Part shown: positions 38,851-50,766 of the stretch, in pieces
Numbering within the stretch: the stretch's first letter is position 1
How the letters are laid out: each line of letters starts with the position of its first letter
Assembly (NCBI GenBank): GCA_046563655.1
Contig: CM102285.1
Span: forward strand, 9,176,001-9,240,000
Direction of reading: 5' to 3'
Origin: Yuukianura sp. NJ FZ-2021
Lineage: Eukaryota
Length of the DNA stretch: 64,000 nucleotides
Made by a program: the position numbers and the translations under genes
The notes under the pieces: model-generated
The model's database searches: none
What the model saw: only the letters and a program-made list of their open reading frames with translations
Told to the model about the DNA's origin: nothing

Positions 38851-39928
38851 ATGCCTATTTTACAAATCGCTGTGCTGGCGCTTCTGGTCAGTGCGTTGAA
38901 CTCTAATTTCAATGTATCACAATACAATTGATGGACGATGCGTTAACTTTGTTATAGGCAACAGCAGTACGTGGGACGGACCAGCCGAGGTCGACTGTGA
39001 AACCAGCCGGAGAGGGGTCAAGAGCTCTATTTGGGTGGGGGAACAATGGCGGCGACAAAGAGAGCGGTAAATGCCAACGTTTGATTTTAACTGAATTCGA
39101 ACTTGGAACTTTTAAATTTGTAATTTGGTAATGGTTGCAGTAAATGGCATGGTTTGCCCTGGAGTTGGAAAATTCGCTGTCAAAAAACAGGCAAAAGACA
39201 ACTGTCGACGGTACTTCGAATGCTGGGAAACATTCAAAGAGCCACAAGGGATGCATCTTTGCGCAGTTGAGCAAAGATTCAACCGAATCTCCAGAACTTG
39301 TGTTCCCAAGAAATACGCTAATTGCGGATGTAATTTTTTAAAATTGTATGCCGTAACTTTAACCTAACTATAATTGCTTAACTTTGTTGCTTTGTAAACT
39401 AACTTGCAGGGTGTAGGACTGAGGGACGGTATCGAGACAAAACTTCGAACAAACATTTCATCCAGTGTTTTCCTGGAAATATTGGAGTTCGTTATAAATG
39501 CAAGGAAGGACGGTACAATCCGGACAAACAGGGATGCAGTAAGGGCACCGCTGTTCCCAATGTCACCGACGTCACCGTGGACGTACGATATGATCCACCC
39601 GCAGACATCATCCAGTTCATGAAGGACTGGAAGGAAGCTGAGAAAGATGAACTTGTAAGAATTTAATTTGAAATTCACCATCAGATTTAGATATGCAGCT
39701 TCAATCTTCTCAGGAGCTTCGACTGCTGTAAAATAAGTTTCGAGTTTTCAGTAGCTGCTTGCAGCTTGTATGTACTACATGTAGTATATTAAAAATTAAT
39801 CGGTTTTGTAGGCAGATACAAAGAGTGTGGACAAGTCAATCGAAGGCGAAATGAAACCTTATTCCGATGATGAGGATGACGAATCGAGTGAAAGTGAAAA
39901 GAACAAATTTGTTGCCGAGGAGGAATAA
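38851..39928 (+). CDS. Secreted chitin-binding protein (peritrophin-A/CBM14 type; one 6-Cys and one 4-Cys domain, acidic tail), 5 exons
   Basis: Exons 38851-38886, 38958-39066, 39141-39329, 39410-39654 and 39812-39928 are in phase. Signal peptide MPILQIAVLALLATAVRG. CBM14 pattern CPGVGKF...NCRRYFEC...LC....RFN....TC.......C. Tail SDDEDDESSESEK. Confidence 0.85.
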
Positions 39929-42900
39929 CCTACGGAAGAATAAGATAGTCATGAAGATGACTTTTATTGCCCAAGAATTGTCGAAGATTCCAAAAAATTT
40001 TAATTACGTTTTAATAAAAATCGTTTTAACAAGGGTGACCCGCACCTTGCACATTTAACTATTAAACTAAATTGAATAAAAAATTGAAATGAAACTATTC
40101 TGTCCACAAAGTGTTTGGAAATTTTGGACATTGCGCTCATGAATGTTCTGGTAGAGAGATTTGACCTCGCGTATTAAGTTGTACGCGGATCTTGCAGTTG
40201 CGAAATGCCAATAAATCAATTGCATCTTCAATGGAATTCTCAGGTGCCTAATGAGTTCCTGTTGACGAAATTACGCTTCTGTAAACTTGTAATTCTCGAA
40301 ATACAAGAAACTTGATTCCCGCATCATCAGGAGTCACGCAGATCATTTCCAAATTATTTTCTGAGGCATATTTTTTCTGCAATTTTTTCCTCAATTTAAT
40401 CGTTTTCCTCGTGTTGCAAAATGGAAAGTGAATCTTCAAGGTCTCTCAATCTAAAAAGTAGAAAAAGCATTTGTCAAAATTAGCTTATTTGTCAATTTTA
40501 CGGTTCCGAAAAAAATATAGAATTTCATGGACCTTCAGAAGTTGTAAAGAAAAAGTGACAAATTGACCAAGTAAAATTGAAGGTCCTACTGGAGCGTAAG
40601 GTGATCCATTGGTGTATAGAACCAATTTCCTGAATTTCTTTGTTCAAAATAAACCCAATTTAAGACAGATCACATTTGGAGATGAAGAAATAATAGGGAT
40701 TAAGCGATCGATGAGTTTTGGTCCAAAACTTATGTGCATCCAGTATGGAAATTTTTCTTTGAAAAGGAAATTTTCCGATTTTTGAATAACATTGTACTCA
40801 AAGTAACCTACTCAAAGTAGGCTAAGTTTTCAAAAGCTAAAAGGGCCCCGAATAACCATAAGGTAAATAATGTCATTAAGCCCTGATTACTTCTCAAAGG
40901 AACAAGGCCACTAAAATTACATTCTAAGGGCCCTCAGGAAGGATATGGATCATCTGCCTAGTCCTCACTAACATGTTATAGAAAGCAAAGGAAGTTTTAA
41001 ACGTGAGGATGTATGGATTCCAAGGAAAATGGCATTTGGACACTCTGTAATTGTTTGTTTCTTCTTCGAATATTTTGACAAACAGGGATCACAATGAGAA
41101 AACTTTTCTCCTCCAAAGTTCCTTTACGCTCGCCCGCCTCTTGCCCCTCAAAAAACCTACGAAAAAGAATGAATCGTTCTAAAATTGAAAGCTCTGGTTA
41201 ACTAATGCACATTTAACCGAATAATATCAATGTAAGCCAACACATACCTTTTCCACTTTGGAAACAGGATGGACACAATGGACACAATTGCCAATTGTTG
41301 AGGTTGTAAGGATCTCCTTCGTTTTGGAGGTGGTGAGGAAAGCCTTCGTCCAAGTACCTCCTTAAGGGGTCATCTTCTACGTGCTCTCTGAATAAGTCTT
41401 GTTACTCATTCACGGCCTACATGAGAAAATGTTCTAAGACGAAGGATTTCCAAAGATTTAAGTCCAAGCTCAATTGTCATCTCAATTGTTACCAATATTA
41501 TTTTGTTATTTACAGCAACTTTTGAGGGGAAAACGAGGCAACAACTTCCTTTCCCTTTTTCTAAACATTCAACCACCAGCATCCATCTTCTTTTTTCAAA
41601 CTTTGCCTCCCAAACCGAATATTGGGAAAGATCTCAGTAGCAGCTGCTGCAGCATCTTCTTTTGCCAAACACTTGAAGAATTTGAGGCTGCTGAATTATT
41701 GGGCTTATCCTCTTCTTTTCTTAATTCTTTCTGGAAACGATCTTGGCCGCCCGGCCTTCAAAACGGAAAGATCTTCTCTGTAATTGTTTAGGAAAAGAGC
41801 GAGAGAGAGCTTGGACATACCTAGAGAGATTAGGTTTACAGATTCGGATTTAATCCTCGTTATGCCATTATGATGCCAGGAATTTAAAAACTTAGGAAAA
41901 GATCTCTGCGTCCTCAACTGTTTCATGTTCCTCCGTGGTCCTTGTAACTAGATCTCCTGGGGAAGCGTCTTTTGAAAGCGGGCATTGAAGCGTTCCTCAG
42001 GTGGCCATGGACTAACTGAATCTTGTACTTGATCAAATTGTTCCATTTGTAGTTGTTCTTCATCTCACATTTTCTGTAAGGGAGGCTTTAATAGACAATA
42101 TATGAGCAACGGAGGAACAAAATAGACAGATTAGCCTCAACAACCACTCTGGTTTACTTTTATTGGCTTCAAGGAGGCGTCATTTGACACTTCCAAGAGC
42201 CCTCAAAAGCAAAATATTTGTGTGAACCAGATTATTTGATCGGTGAAAATGATAGGACTACCTTAGACTAATATCGGGTTTCATTAGTTCATAATTAGTT
42301 AATGGATCAAAATTATACCCGAAATTTGAAATGTCGTGGTTATTTAATCTCTTACATCTGCTTGTATGCCGAATCTCTAAAAAGATTTACCTGTGAAGTT
42401 GAAGAAACTGCTTTCTCTTTTTCCACCTTTTTAATTCAAACCCATTGAAGAAAGCATCCTGCACCAGCAGGCCGATTTCTCATCCGTGATTCAAACCTAA
42501 AAATTTACATTACGTTTGGACCAAAAAATAAAATAAAACGTTGCTCTCAAAATTATGTTCTCTTCTCATAGTGAGTCTTTCATTAATTTGTTTTTTACCA
42601 ATGCCCTTTGCTCTGAGTTGTGAGCTAACTAAAAGTTCAAATTTGTCCTAAAAATAGGCATTTTAAGAAAAATTGTGAAATCGGCAGGAAAAGGAAATGG
42701 GACTTTTAGAAATTGAAGTGTAATTTTGAGCACCTTGCACTCGACAAAATAAGAGTCTTTTAAAGGAAACGCATGTTTTCGTTTAAAAGTTTAGTTTGTT
42801 TAGTTTTGAGATTGACGGAATGATAGAAAAAGGAACAGAAAGTAAACAAAAGCGAAGAAGATCTTACGATCCTCTCAATATAACGACGATTCACCAAAAC

Positions 42901-43113
42901 CCAAATATTACTTGCCCAAAAACCGTGTTGAATTTACACTTGGCTTTTGACAGGTCACAGGTAAGATCATTTGACCCTCATCCCTGCTCTAATGGACACT
43001 TGATCTCACAAGAGAACTTATTAAAATCAAAAGCTCTCTCGGCATCACTTGAGCAAACCACTTACTTCTTCTACCTTAAACCTAAACTTCGGTCGATACC
43101 TTGGCTTTAGGAA

Positions 43114-43269
43114 TACCGTAAAACTTCCAATAAAAGCCGATCTCCAGTAAAAGCCCCGGCATCTAAAAAAAAACCGGGAAATTAGAATTGGCCCGCAATA
43201 CAGGCCGGGTTTGGACTGGAGGCGCGAAAAATAAATTTTGCCCGGGCGTGTATTAGAAGTTTTACGGTA
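43114..43269. mobile_element. Tc1/mariner(pogo)-type MITE, 152 bp plus TA target-site duplication
   Basis: TA|CCGTAAAACTTCCAATA ... TATTAGAAGTTTTACGG|TA: 17-bp TIRs with one mismatch, flanked by TA. Confidence 0.85.
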
Positions 43270-43713
43270 AGTTAGGTTTAAAATGGGGAAGGAAAAACAC
43301 CTTTTAAAATGAAACTCAATTCAAGTAATTGAGCTTGAGCTTAGACCTTATAAAGTAACCGAAGTAACTCACGGCGCCGTAAACCTTTCTCACTTCACCA
43401 TAACTTTTAAGTGCTCAAAGCTCAGCCTTCACAATTAAGAATTGAAGGCTCTTCAGAAACTGTGGGAGGTCAGTAACGATCTTACACAATCATCTTCTTC
43501 TGACACCCCTTCCTGTAGGTGGCACTCTTAAAATACACGTTAACGTCATAAGTTTCAAAATTTTAGTTCTTCAATTTTTATAGGCGAAGGCTCCAAAGGA
43601 CCGAAAATTGAAGAAATCTTTAACTCCCTTGGAAATGGAAACGCCTCTCCTACACAAAAAGAAAATTAAGAAGTTTTGATTCATGAATAAACTTCTTGCA
43701 AAGACGATGTAAA

Positions 43714-43920
43714 TAAGTATCGTCAGATCAATTATAGAGAATTCCCACGCCGGATATTGTTGACCTAGACCTCTGATATTGCTAGAGGTAACTTGAGGTC
43801 AAAGAGCATTTGGCATTATATTAATATTAATGCTAATATTATATTAATTAATATTATTAATATTAATATGTATATATTAATAAATATTAATATATACAAT
43901 ATTAAAATTAATTAATTTTA

Positions 43921-43952
<32 letters not shown>

Positions 43953-44811
43953 TATTAATTAATATATTATTAATAATATTAATCCTCGCGGCGTCAAAAA
44001 TCCATCCCCGAATTGTGGAAAAAAAGATGACCTTGACCTTTGACCCTGCTAGAGGCCACTCAAGCTCATCAAAATCGGATCCCCGCATTCCCCTTTCGAG
44101 TCTGCCCATCCGTTTCCGTGATGTAAATGGAGCATAACCTTGACCTATGACACCAATAGAGGTCACTTAAGGTTAATCCAAAAACTGATTTTTAGTCATC
44201 TGGTTTGTAGTTACTCATTAAAAAGCTGCAAGGTCACAAAGTTGTTGTCTCAATGCGATGAACACCTTTTGTAAGGGTCATTTTTTTGATTTCCGTGAAA
44301 AAATGTGCTTGACCTTGACCTTTGACCCGGAAATTGGCCACTTCCGGTGAAACCAGAGACCGATTAGTCACCTCTGTACCATGTGAAGGTCATATGCGAA
44401 AACAGGTTGAAAATCGGTCCTGTGGTTCCTGAGTTATAAACGCGCGTAGAATGAGCGACGCCATTTTGCAACTTTCATCGTCTATATCTCCAGAACCGTA
44501 GGTCAAAGGTCAAGGTCACCTACAGCAAAGTTGTTCCCCTCAATGAAATGAACAACTTTTGTAGAGGCCATTTGTCCAAATTCCGTCGAAAATGTACTTG
44601 ACCTTGACCTTTGACCCGGAAGTTGGCCACTTCCGGTCAAACCGAAAACCACTTGTCCACCCCTGGACCATGTGCAGTTCATCTGTGAAGACAGATTGAA
44701 AATCGGTCCAGCGGTTCCAGAGATATTGTGGCTAGTATAGTCGGACGGACAGACGGACAGACGGACAGACGGACGGCCATTACGATCCCTATAAGTATCT
44801 GACGATACTTA
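43714..44811 (-). mobile_element. Non-autonomous Helentron/DINE-1-like element (true ends lie a few to tens of bases outside these subterminal repeats)
   Basis: 15-bp perfect subterminal inverted repeats TAAGTATCGTCAGAT (43714-43728 / 44797-44811). Hairpin TAAGTATC-tgac-GATACTTA at 44792-44811. (GGAC/AGAC)n microsatellite at 44743-44774. Internal ~285-bp periodic units, each with TGACCTTGACCTTTGACC (44028, 44310, 44599). Confidence 0.8.
43816..43983. repeat. AT-only low-complexity tract with (TA)n and ATTAAT repeats inside the Helentron-like element
   Basis: Nearly pure A/T, with (AT)n at ~43921-43943. Confidence 0.9.
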
Positions 44812-45254
44812 ATAACGAAATTAGAAGTGGATTCCCTCAAAGGATGCGCTTGTCTATCACCGTGTTTTCCACGAACGCAGTGAGACACACCGGGAAGAAC
44901 GTAATAATCAACTCCCAGTTCTCACACCAGAGAATGTGAACTTACACCGTACCTGCACAGGTACGGCGACATATTGTCACAGTCATGGCCGAAAATGAAC
45001 TGTAAGATGGAAGATATTAAAGCCCAAGTTAATTTAATTTTAGCGTTACATTTTAATCACATTGGCATTTAGGAAAATATTCAAGGTGATGGCAATGCTC
45101 ACTTTAGAGGTGGATTAACAACATGGGGTTCATTAGGAATCCACTGGAACCTTAGTTAAAGTTGCCTCCTTCAAACAGGGAGTTCATAAATAAATAAGGT
45201 TCTTAAGTATTTCATTTATAAGTAAAATTCCTAGAGGAGGAGTTGGACGTCTTG

Positions 45255-47259
45255 TCAGGAAGTCGTCGGTCTCGGTCGTAAAATCAGTTTACCAGTTTCA
45301 TCACACGACATGTTGAAATCTGCTAGCACAATCTTCGTCCTTGTAGTTATTATTGTAGTGGCTACTACACGCTTGTGAATTCCAGTGAGGAACAGTACAG
45401 CTAAAAACAACGAGAACAATTAGTGAATACCAGGAAAACACATTGCGTAAACAGTAAAGATTGATTAGTATTCTCACCTAGAAATAAACTAGAGAATAAG
45501 AAGAAGATATGGTTGAACAGGGAGTCGAGGAAGGATACTTGCGTTGAGGATGTCAACGGGTCATTGATCCACTGCCAAGCTCCAATTGCAGTACATGCTG
45601 ACACAACCACCAATGTTATTCTCCAGCGAATCGTTCCAGGTCGCAGACATGTTATCACTTCAGTCAATCGCCGCTCAAAAGCCTTCAAGTCTGGAAACCA
45701 AAAAATAAAACAAGTCATTCAACCGCAATATCCTGAAATTAGTCGAAGTTTTTATTTAAAGACATGTTAATTTTAAATTGCTTAATTTAAAAAACTGCCT
45801 GGATAATATGAATGCGCGGAATATTAAAATAGTAATGTTAAAATGTAATTTACAATGGTAAACTTTATTCGAATTCTTTTAGAAAACAAATCAAGCAAGG
45901 TTCCCAGCCAAATCTTTTAGGATAAGCGTCGTGGCAAAGCTGAAGATTACTTACAAAGCCAACAAGCCAAGAATTAGTGAGGTGGAGAAAAGAAGCAAGT
46001 GGTGCAGTAATTTAATGATAATTTTAACAAGTGTAAATTAATTGTTACCAGTATCAGTCTGTTTACTGGAGAGATAGGGGAGAGGAGAAAAGGTGAAGGA
46101 ATGACCGGCAGCAACTTCTCCATTATTGTCAACTCTTGTCACTGCATCGACCATTGTTACAAAGTCCTCTCTTGTTGAATCGTCTTCAGTAACTCACTGA
46201 GGAGTCGATCGAAAATTACACTTTACTGTACTACACCAATCCAAATAAAAGAATAATCATTAGCAATCAACAGCCAACGGTAATAATAAGTAACAAAATA
46301 TGGTCGTACGAGAACTAAACTCATCATCGTTCGTGCAAATTGGAGGTCTCCCAATGTGCCAATTGACCAAGTCAGATTAAAATACACAGTATGTTTTTAG
46401 TTTCCAAAAGTGTTAAAAATTTTTTCTTATAACGATAGTATGGGTAAGTCACTCGAAAAACGAACAAGCAAAAATTTGCAGGCGCGACAAAGACAAAACG
46501 AAACGAAAGATGCGAAAAGAAGGGGTGCAAATTTTTTAAAAGCAAATGTTCCAAATAACCGGCAATGTGTGCAGAAACACACGAATCGGTTTATGTTATT
46601 AGCGAAGCAGTGAGCAAAGCTGCAATTACGTTACTGCAGAATTCCCGTTAGAGGTTAGATCTACTAGAACGTAAACACGTTGTGGTTAAAAGGATGGTTT
46701 CCGAGTTGTCTGACATTGTTCAACTAAAGGACAACCGAAAATCGTCAAGGTCAAGAAGAAGAACAATGTCACATGGTAATTTCGCAACGATCATAAAAGG
46801 CTTCAGCACTTATGCACAAGCCATGCAGCCATTGTGTGGCCGGCCACTGCGATTCGTTTAGTCTAACGAAACAAAGACAGGATTGGCTTCTCTTGACCTG
46901 ACGAAATCGAAGGAACAGGTCTGGGACCAAGACGTGCTTCCGCCACAAACTTTTGATGCTGAGAAATCTAATCCTTAACAAAACCACGGGCAAGACTAAA
47001 ATATAAAACAAAACGTGTTGAAGGGTTTGACTTTCTTATAGCGTATCTAAGGCATACGGCTACAATAATTCTTTCACAGTCAAAAGTTTTGCGCATCCGG
47101 TATAAAGTCGTGATCCAAGTCAATTCCTTCCATTTCTGACCCCCACCCTCAAAACACATAGAATTACAAATAATCGATATTCAAAAACGTATTATTAGAC
47201 TATGAAAAGTAATTAAAGTAATAACCATTACCCTCACAAGTCGTTTGCTCCAGGGACAT
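45255..47259 (-). CDS. CNEP1R1: CTD nuclear envelope phosphatase 1 regulatory subunit (NEP1-R1/TMEM188)
   Basis: Exons 47259-47232, 45690-45478 and 45400-45255. Protein [22 protein letters not shown]...RWR...GAWQW...GIHKRVVA...[17 protein letters not shown]. Confidence 0.95.
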
Positions 47260-48293
47260 TTCCTGTACGCCTTATCAAACGTAGTCTGCTCTCATTCACG
47301 GCCGGTTTTCATTCGAAGTGTATTCCTTATCGTTTTATCACGGGTCTGAATGAACGATGACAGATTCGCGTTGGCCAGAATCGAATTGACGCAATCAAAT
47401 AATCGATCGTCGTAGAATATAGGTTCCCAGCCCTCGTTCTAATTCCCGTTACTTTGGTATGCTTTACGTAAAAAACGAATTAGCACTTAAGAAACGTTAA
47501 CGTCGCTTCCGGATGATCCGAAGGATGGATTATAATTTTGCAAAACTTTGACCAATTACAAATATATTAAAATCGATGTGGATATTATATTACTGTTGAC
47601 AATAATTAAAAAACTGTAATAAAAGTCAACAACTGAAATCAGCTGATAAAATCAACCAATTTTGATGATTTTCATTTTTGACTTTAGATTTTTTTTTTTT
47701 GAATTTTGTGCGGTTTAACAAAAGGACCCTCGAGCACATTGCACTTTTGACAGCCAGAGATGGGCGTATTTTTGAAAGGCGTCATAATTAATTATAACTA
47801 CAAATTATAATTAATTACTATAATAACATTCTTTACTATTACTCAGTGTATAATAATACTTGAATGATTATTTCTTATTATTCAATTTATGTACTTTACG
47901 TTGTGGCAATGTTGTGTGTGTTGGGTACTGGGCTAAACTAGTACAAAGTTAGTTCCCAGTAGATGGAAGCACGCTGTTGGCGTTGTTCCTCAAGATAAAT
48001 TCATAGTTTTTGGATTTTTCAGAATCGTTTGTCGGAATTATTACAATCATTTAAATATTTCTAACCAAGATACAATTCTATACGATAATGGGGTTTCATC
48101 TTGGCAATTCACGTTTATAAGAAACAAGAAACATTATATTATAAGACAAATTAAAACGAGCCTAATTGTGAAAATGGAAATGAAAAAGTGACATTGAAAT
48201 TGCAAAACAAACTTCTTTTCTTGAAATACAGATGATGCAAAATGGAATTGCGCAAACTGATCCCAAATACTCAAAATACTGACATGGTGGTAA

Positions 48294-48308
48294 GTTGCCA
48301 CTGGCAAC
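48294..48308. promoter_or_regulatory. RFX X-box upstream of DNAAF6
   Basis: Palindromic GTTGCC-ACT-GGCAAC (fits GTNRCC-N0-3-RGYAAC), ~245 bp before the ATG, with an extra half-site ATAGCAAC at 48312-48319. Confidence 0.7.
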
Positions 48309-48553
48309 GCAATAGCAACGCTCTCTTTTTAAAACTTCGATCAAACAAGGTCCAGTTTGTTGTTCTCTGGAAAACCCTTCTCCGTTGGTTCTGGAACGCA
48401 TACGCAACTGCACTTGCATGAATCATAATAACTTCTTTAGTCAATGAGTTACACTCTTGGATTTTGAAATTGTCTTAACTTCCAGAACACAACGAGTTTG
48501 AGGAGACCAATCGTTCCTGTGCGACATTGAAAGAGTTTATTAGAAAGTCAATC

Positions 48554-49387
48554 ATGGACAGTGGAAATCTCTTCGACATTCGGGCATTGGCTGCCCTACT
48601 GAAGGAAAATGACTCTGACGGAGAAAGTGACAGTGAAACTACGAGATCCGATTATATCAGTAAGTTTTTATTTTTAAACACAATTTAAAATTAAATTACT
48701 AAAAACAGTTTTGGAATAAGAATTTCATGTCTACGTTATCATGTTGAATCTCAAGATCCTGGTCTTATCGGCACGTCATCGCTTCTACAAAAGTCATCCA
48801 CTCCAGAACATACTAAAAACAAAAATGCTCGACTAGAAAATAAGGATCACCCGGACTCATCTTCAGACCAAGCGGAAGCCAGTTCAGGAAATTTCAAAAT
48901 TCCGGACTTTTCAAACGACCCGCGGACTCGCCCAGAGGTCAAGGTTCAGTTCCAACAAAAAGTGTCAACGGAAGATGTCTACCTTGGGGTAAAGCTTTCA
49001 ACCAATTCTAAATATCATTTTCATAGTAAATTAGTTTTGAAATAAGCAGACATTCAATGCTACCCCAAGCTCCGCATCCTGTTCATGGCTTATTGTAAAA
49101 ATCGAAATGCCGGGAGAATCTGACTCTTCAGACTTCCAGTTGGACTTGAAAGAAAATTGGATTGAACTTCAATCGCCGATGTATGCTTTGGTCTACGTTT
49201 TGCCACATCGCATCAATCCACGCGTAACTATTTTAAAGTTAACTGCTCTGAGCTAACATAACATTGACCTAAAGTCTTTTTACTTTTCAAGGCCGGAAAT
49301 GCAAAATGGAATCGCGAGACGGATACGCTAACTCTCACCTTGAAAATCATTCGAGACTTGGATGCCTTCAACCAAGGTTTATACTGA
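48554..49387 (+). CDS. DNAAF6: Axonemal dynein assembly factor 6 (PIH1D3/Twister)
   Basis: Exons 48554-48659, 48756-48988, 49050(or 49047)-49223 and 49292-49387. Motifs DIRALAALL, NPGLIG, DPRTRPEVKVQFQQKVSTEDVYLG, PSSASC.WLIVKIEMPG, LPHRINP..AKW....TLTLTL..IRDLD.FN. Confidence 0.88.
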
Positions 49388-49947
49388 AAGGTTGTGTTGA
49401 AAATCTTTACTGATATTGTTAATTAATCCGTCTCCCAGGTGTGAAATAAAAAAATAAATCCGTAGCGAAAGGGTTAAATAAAAATAAATCACATTTTCAT
49501 AATTTAAATTTGGATTAGCGTTTTTCGACAAAAAAAAACGAGTTTTACTTATTTTTCTTTTCGTAAATTGGTGTTCGCTTCATTGTCTCCGTTGCTTATT
49601 CAATTGGCTTAGTCGAATTGTGACCTAAATTAAAAATTTCACCCAAAAGCTTATTCATAATGTGAAAAAAAATTTTTTCGGTAAAACAGAGCTGCAGGAA
49701 ATAGTAATAACCTACAAATACACTTTTGACCTTCGAAGAAAATCTAAGTAATATTTACAATTACTGCGGATTCAACACAGTTTTGGAGCACGGCACGGCT
49801 TTCAACAGTTCCGGAAAATACATATCAACTAACCTTCGCCTAAAACACTATATAGATTCCAGTTTCGACTTGAAAAATATTTTTGTGTACAATTAAAACT
49901 TGAAGGACGCAGTGCGTACTGAAGGATAGACCGATGCTGGATGCTGG

Positions 49948-50766
49948 TCAAACATTGAGGCCTAGTGACTTGACCTTGTCCAAAATTATCTTTTGTGTTT
50001 CTTCTGGAAGAACCTTGTCCAAAGACAAAACTTTCCAGTCAACAATTGATTTGTTTACGTAACGCGTGATGAGTAGCGCATGATCCGCTCTGCTCTGCCA
50101 GACAATTTTGTCATAAGAGGTGGCTACAAAATATAACAAAATGTAGAAACTGGCTTCACGCAATCAAAGCTTTCACGCAAATGTTGAAACGGAAAGCCAT
50201 CAATTTAGACAAGTTCAGATACACACAGAAATTTCAAGGCCTAGACTTACTGATAAAGTCAGTGCGCACACCTTGACTACCAAACGTAGGTTTGCACAGA
50301 CCCCGTGACAACCCGGACAGGCGCAGATCCAATTGGAATGCATCTGGGGTACAGTCCTGCTTCAAAGTATGAACCACTTTCTGCCCGGTTTCATCCACAG
50401 AGTCCGCTTCCGTCACTATCTTATAACTTGGAAGTGACAACCAGAAATTGACTCTGAGATTCATATTTTTCAGTTCAGTTTGATTTTTAGCTGCCCGACC
50501 TATCAAGACTTCGTAATATGAACGATACAGATGCTCGCTTCCCATTGAAACGTGGAAGTAATCCGAAGGATGTCCAAAAAACTGTTGCAAAAAATAGTTC
50601 AATTTGCAACATAAATGCCTGCTAGTCTAAAATTTAAAATGTTCGTAGTACACACCCAAAGCGTAGGAAGCGCCGCAACACTATTGATGCTGTTATAATC
50701 GGCTTCAGTAAAATTCGTTTGCGCTACTGCAGCTGAATCCAACAAGTCACTAAAAACTGGTTTCAT
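49948..50766 (-). CDS. Uncharacterised, probably secreted protein with a lipocalin/calycin-like C-terminus
   Basis: Exons 50766-50656, 50581-50251 and 50123-49948 are in phase. The C-terminus WKVLSLDKVLPEETQKIILDKVKSLGLNV resembles the lipocalin SCR3 plus helix. The frame stays open upstream through a hydrophobic stretch (IYYFTFIRVIVTTTAFFSL), so the start may lie near 50914. Confidence 0.55.

Noticed and set aside
46184..46327. Box C/D snoRNA in the CNEP1R1 intron (ATGATGA...CTGA, minus strand)
   Set aside because: No terminal stem and no recognisable rRNA-complementary guide.
49423..49477. piggyBac-like end (AAAGGGTTAA)
   Set aside because: No convincing matching left terminal repeat.
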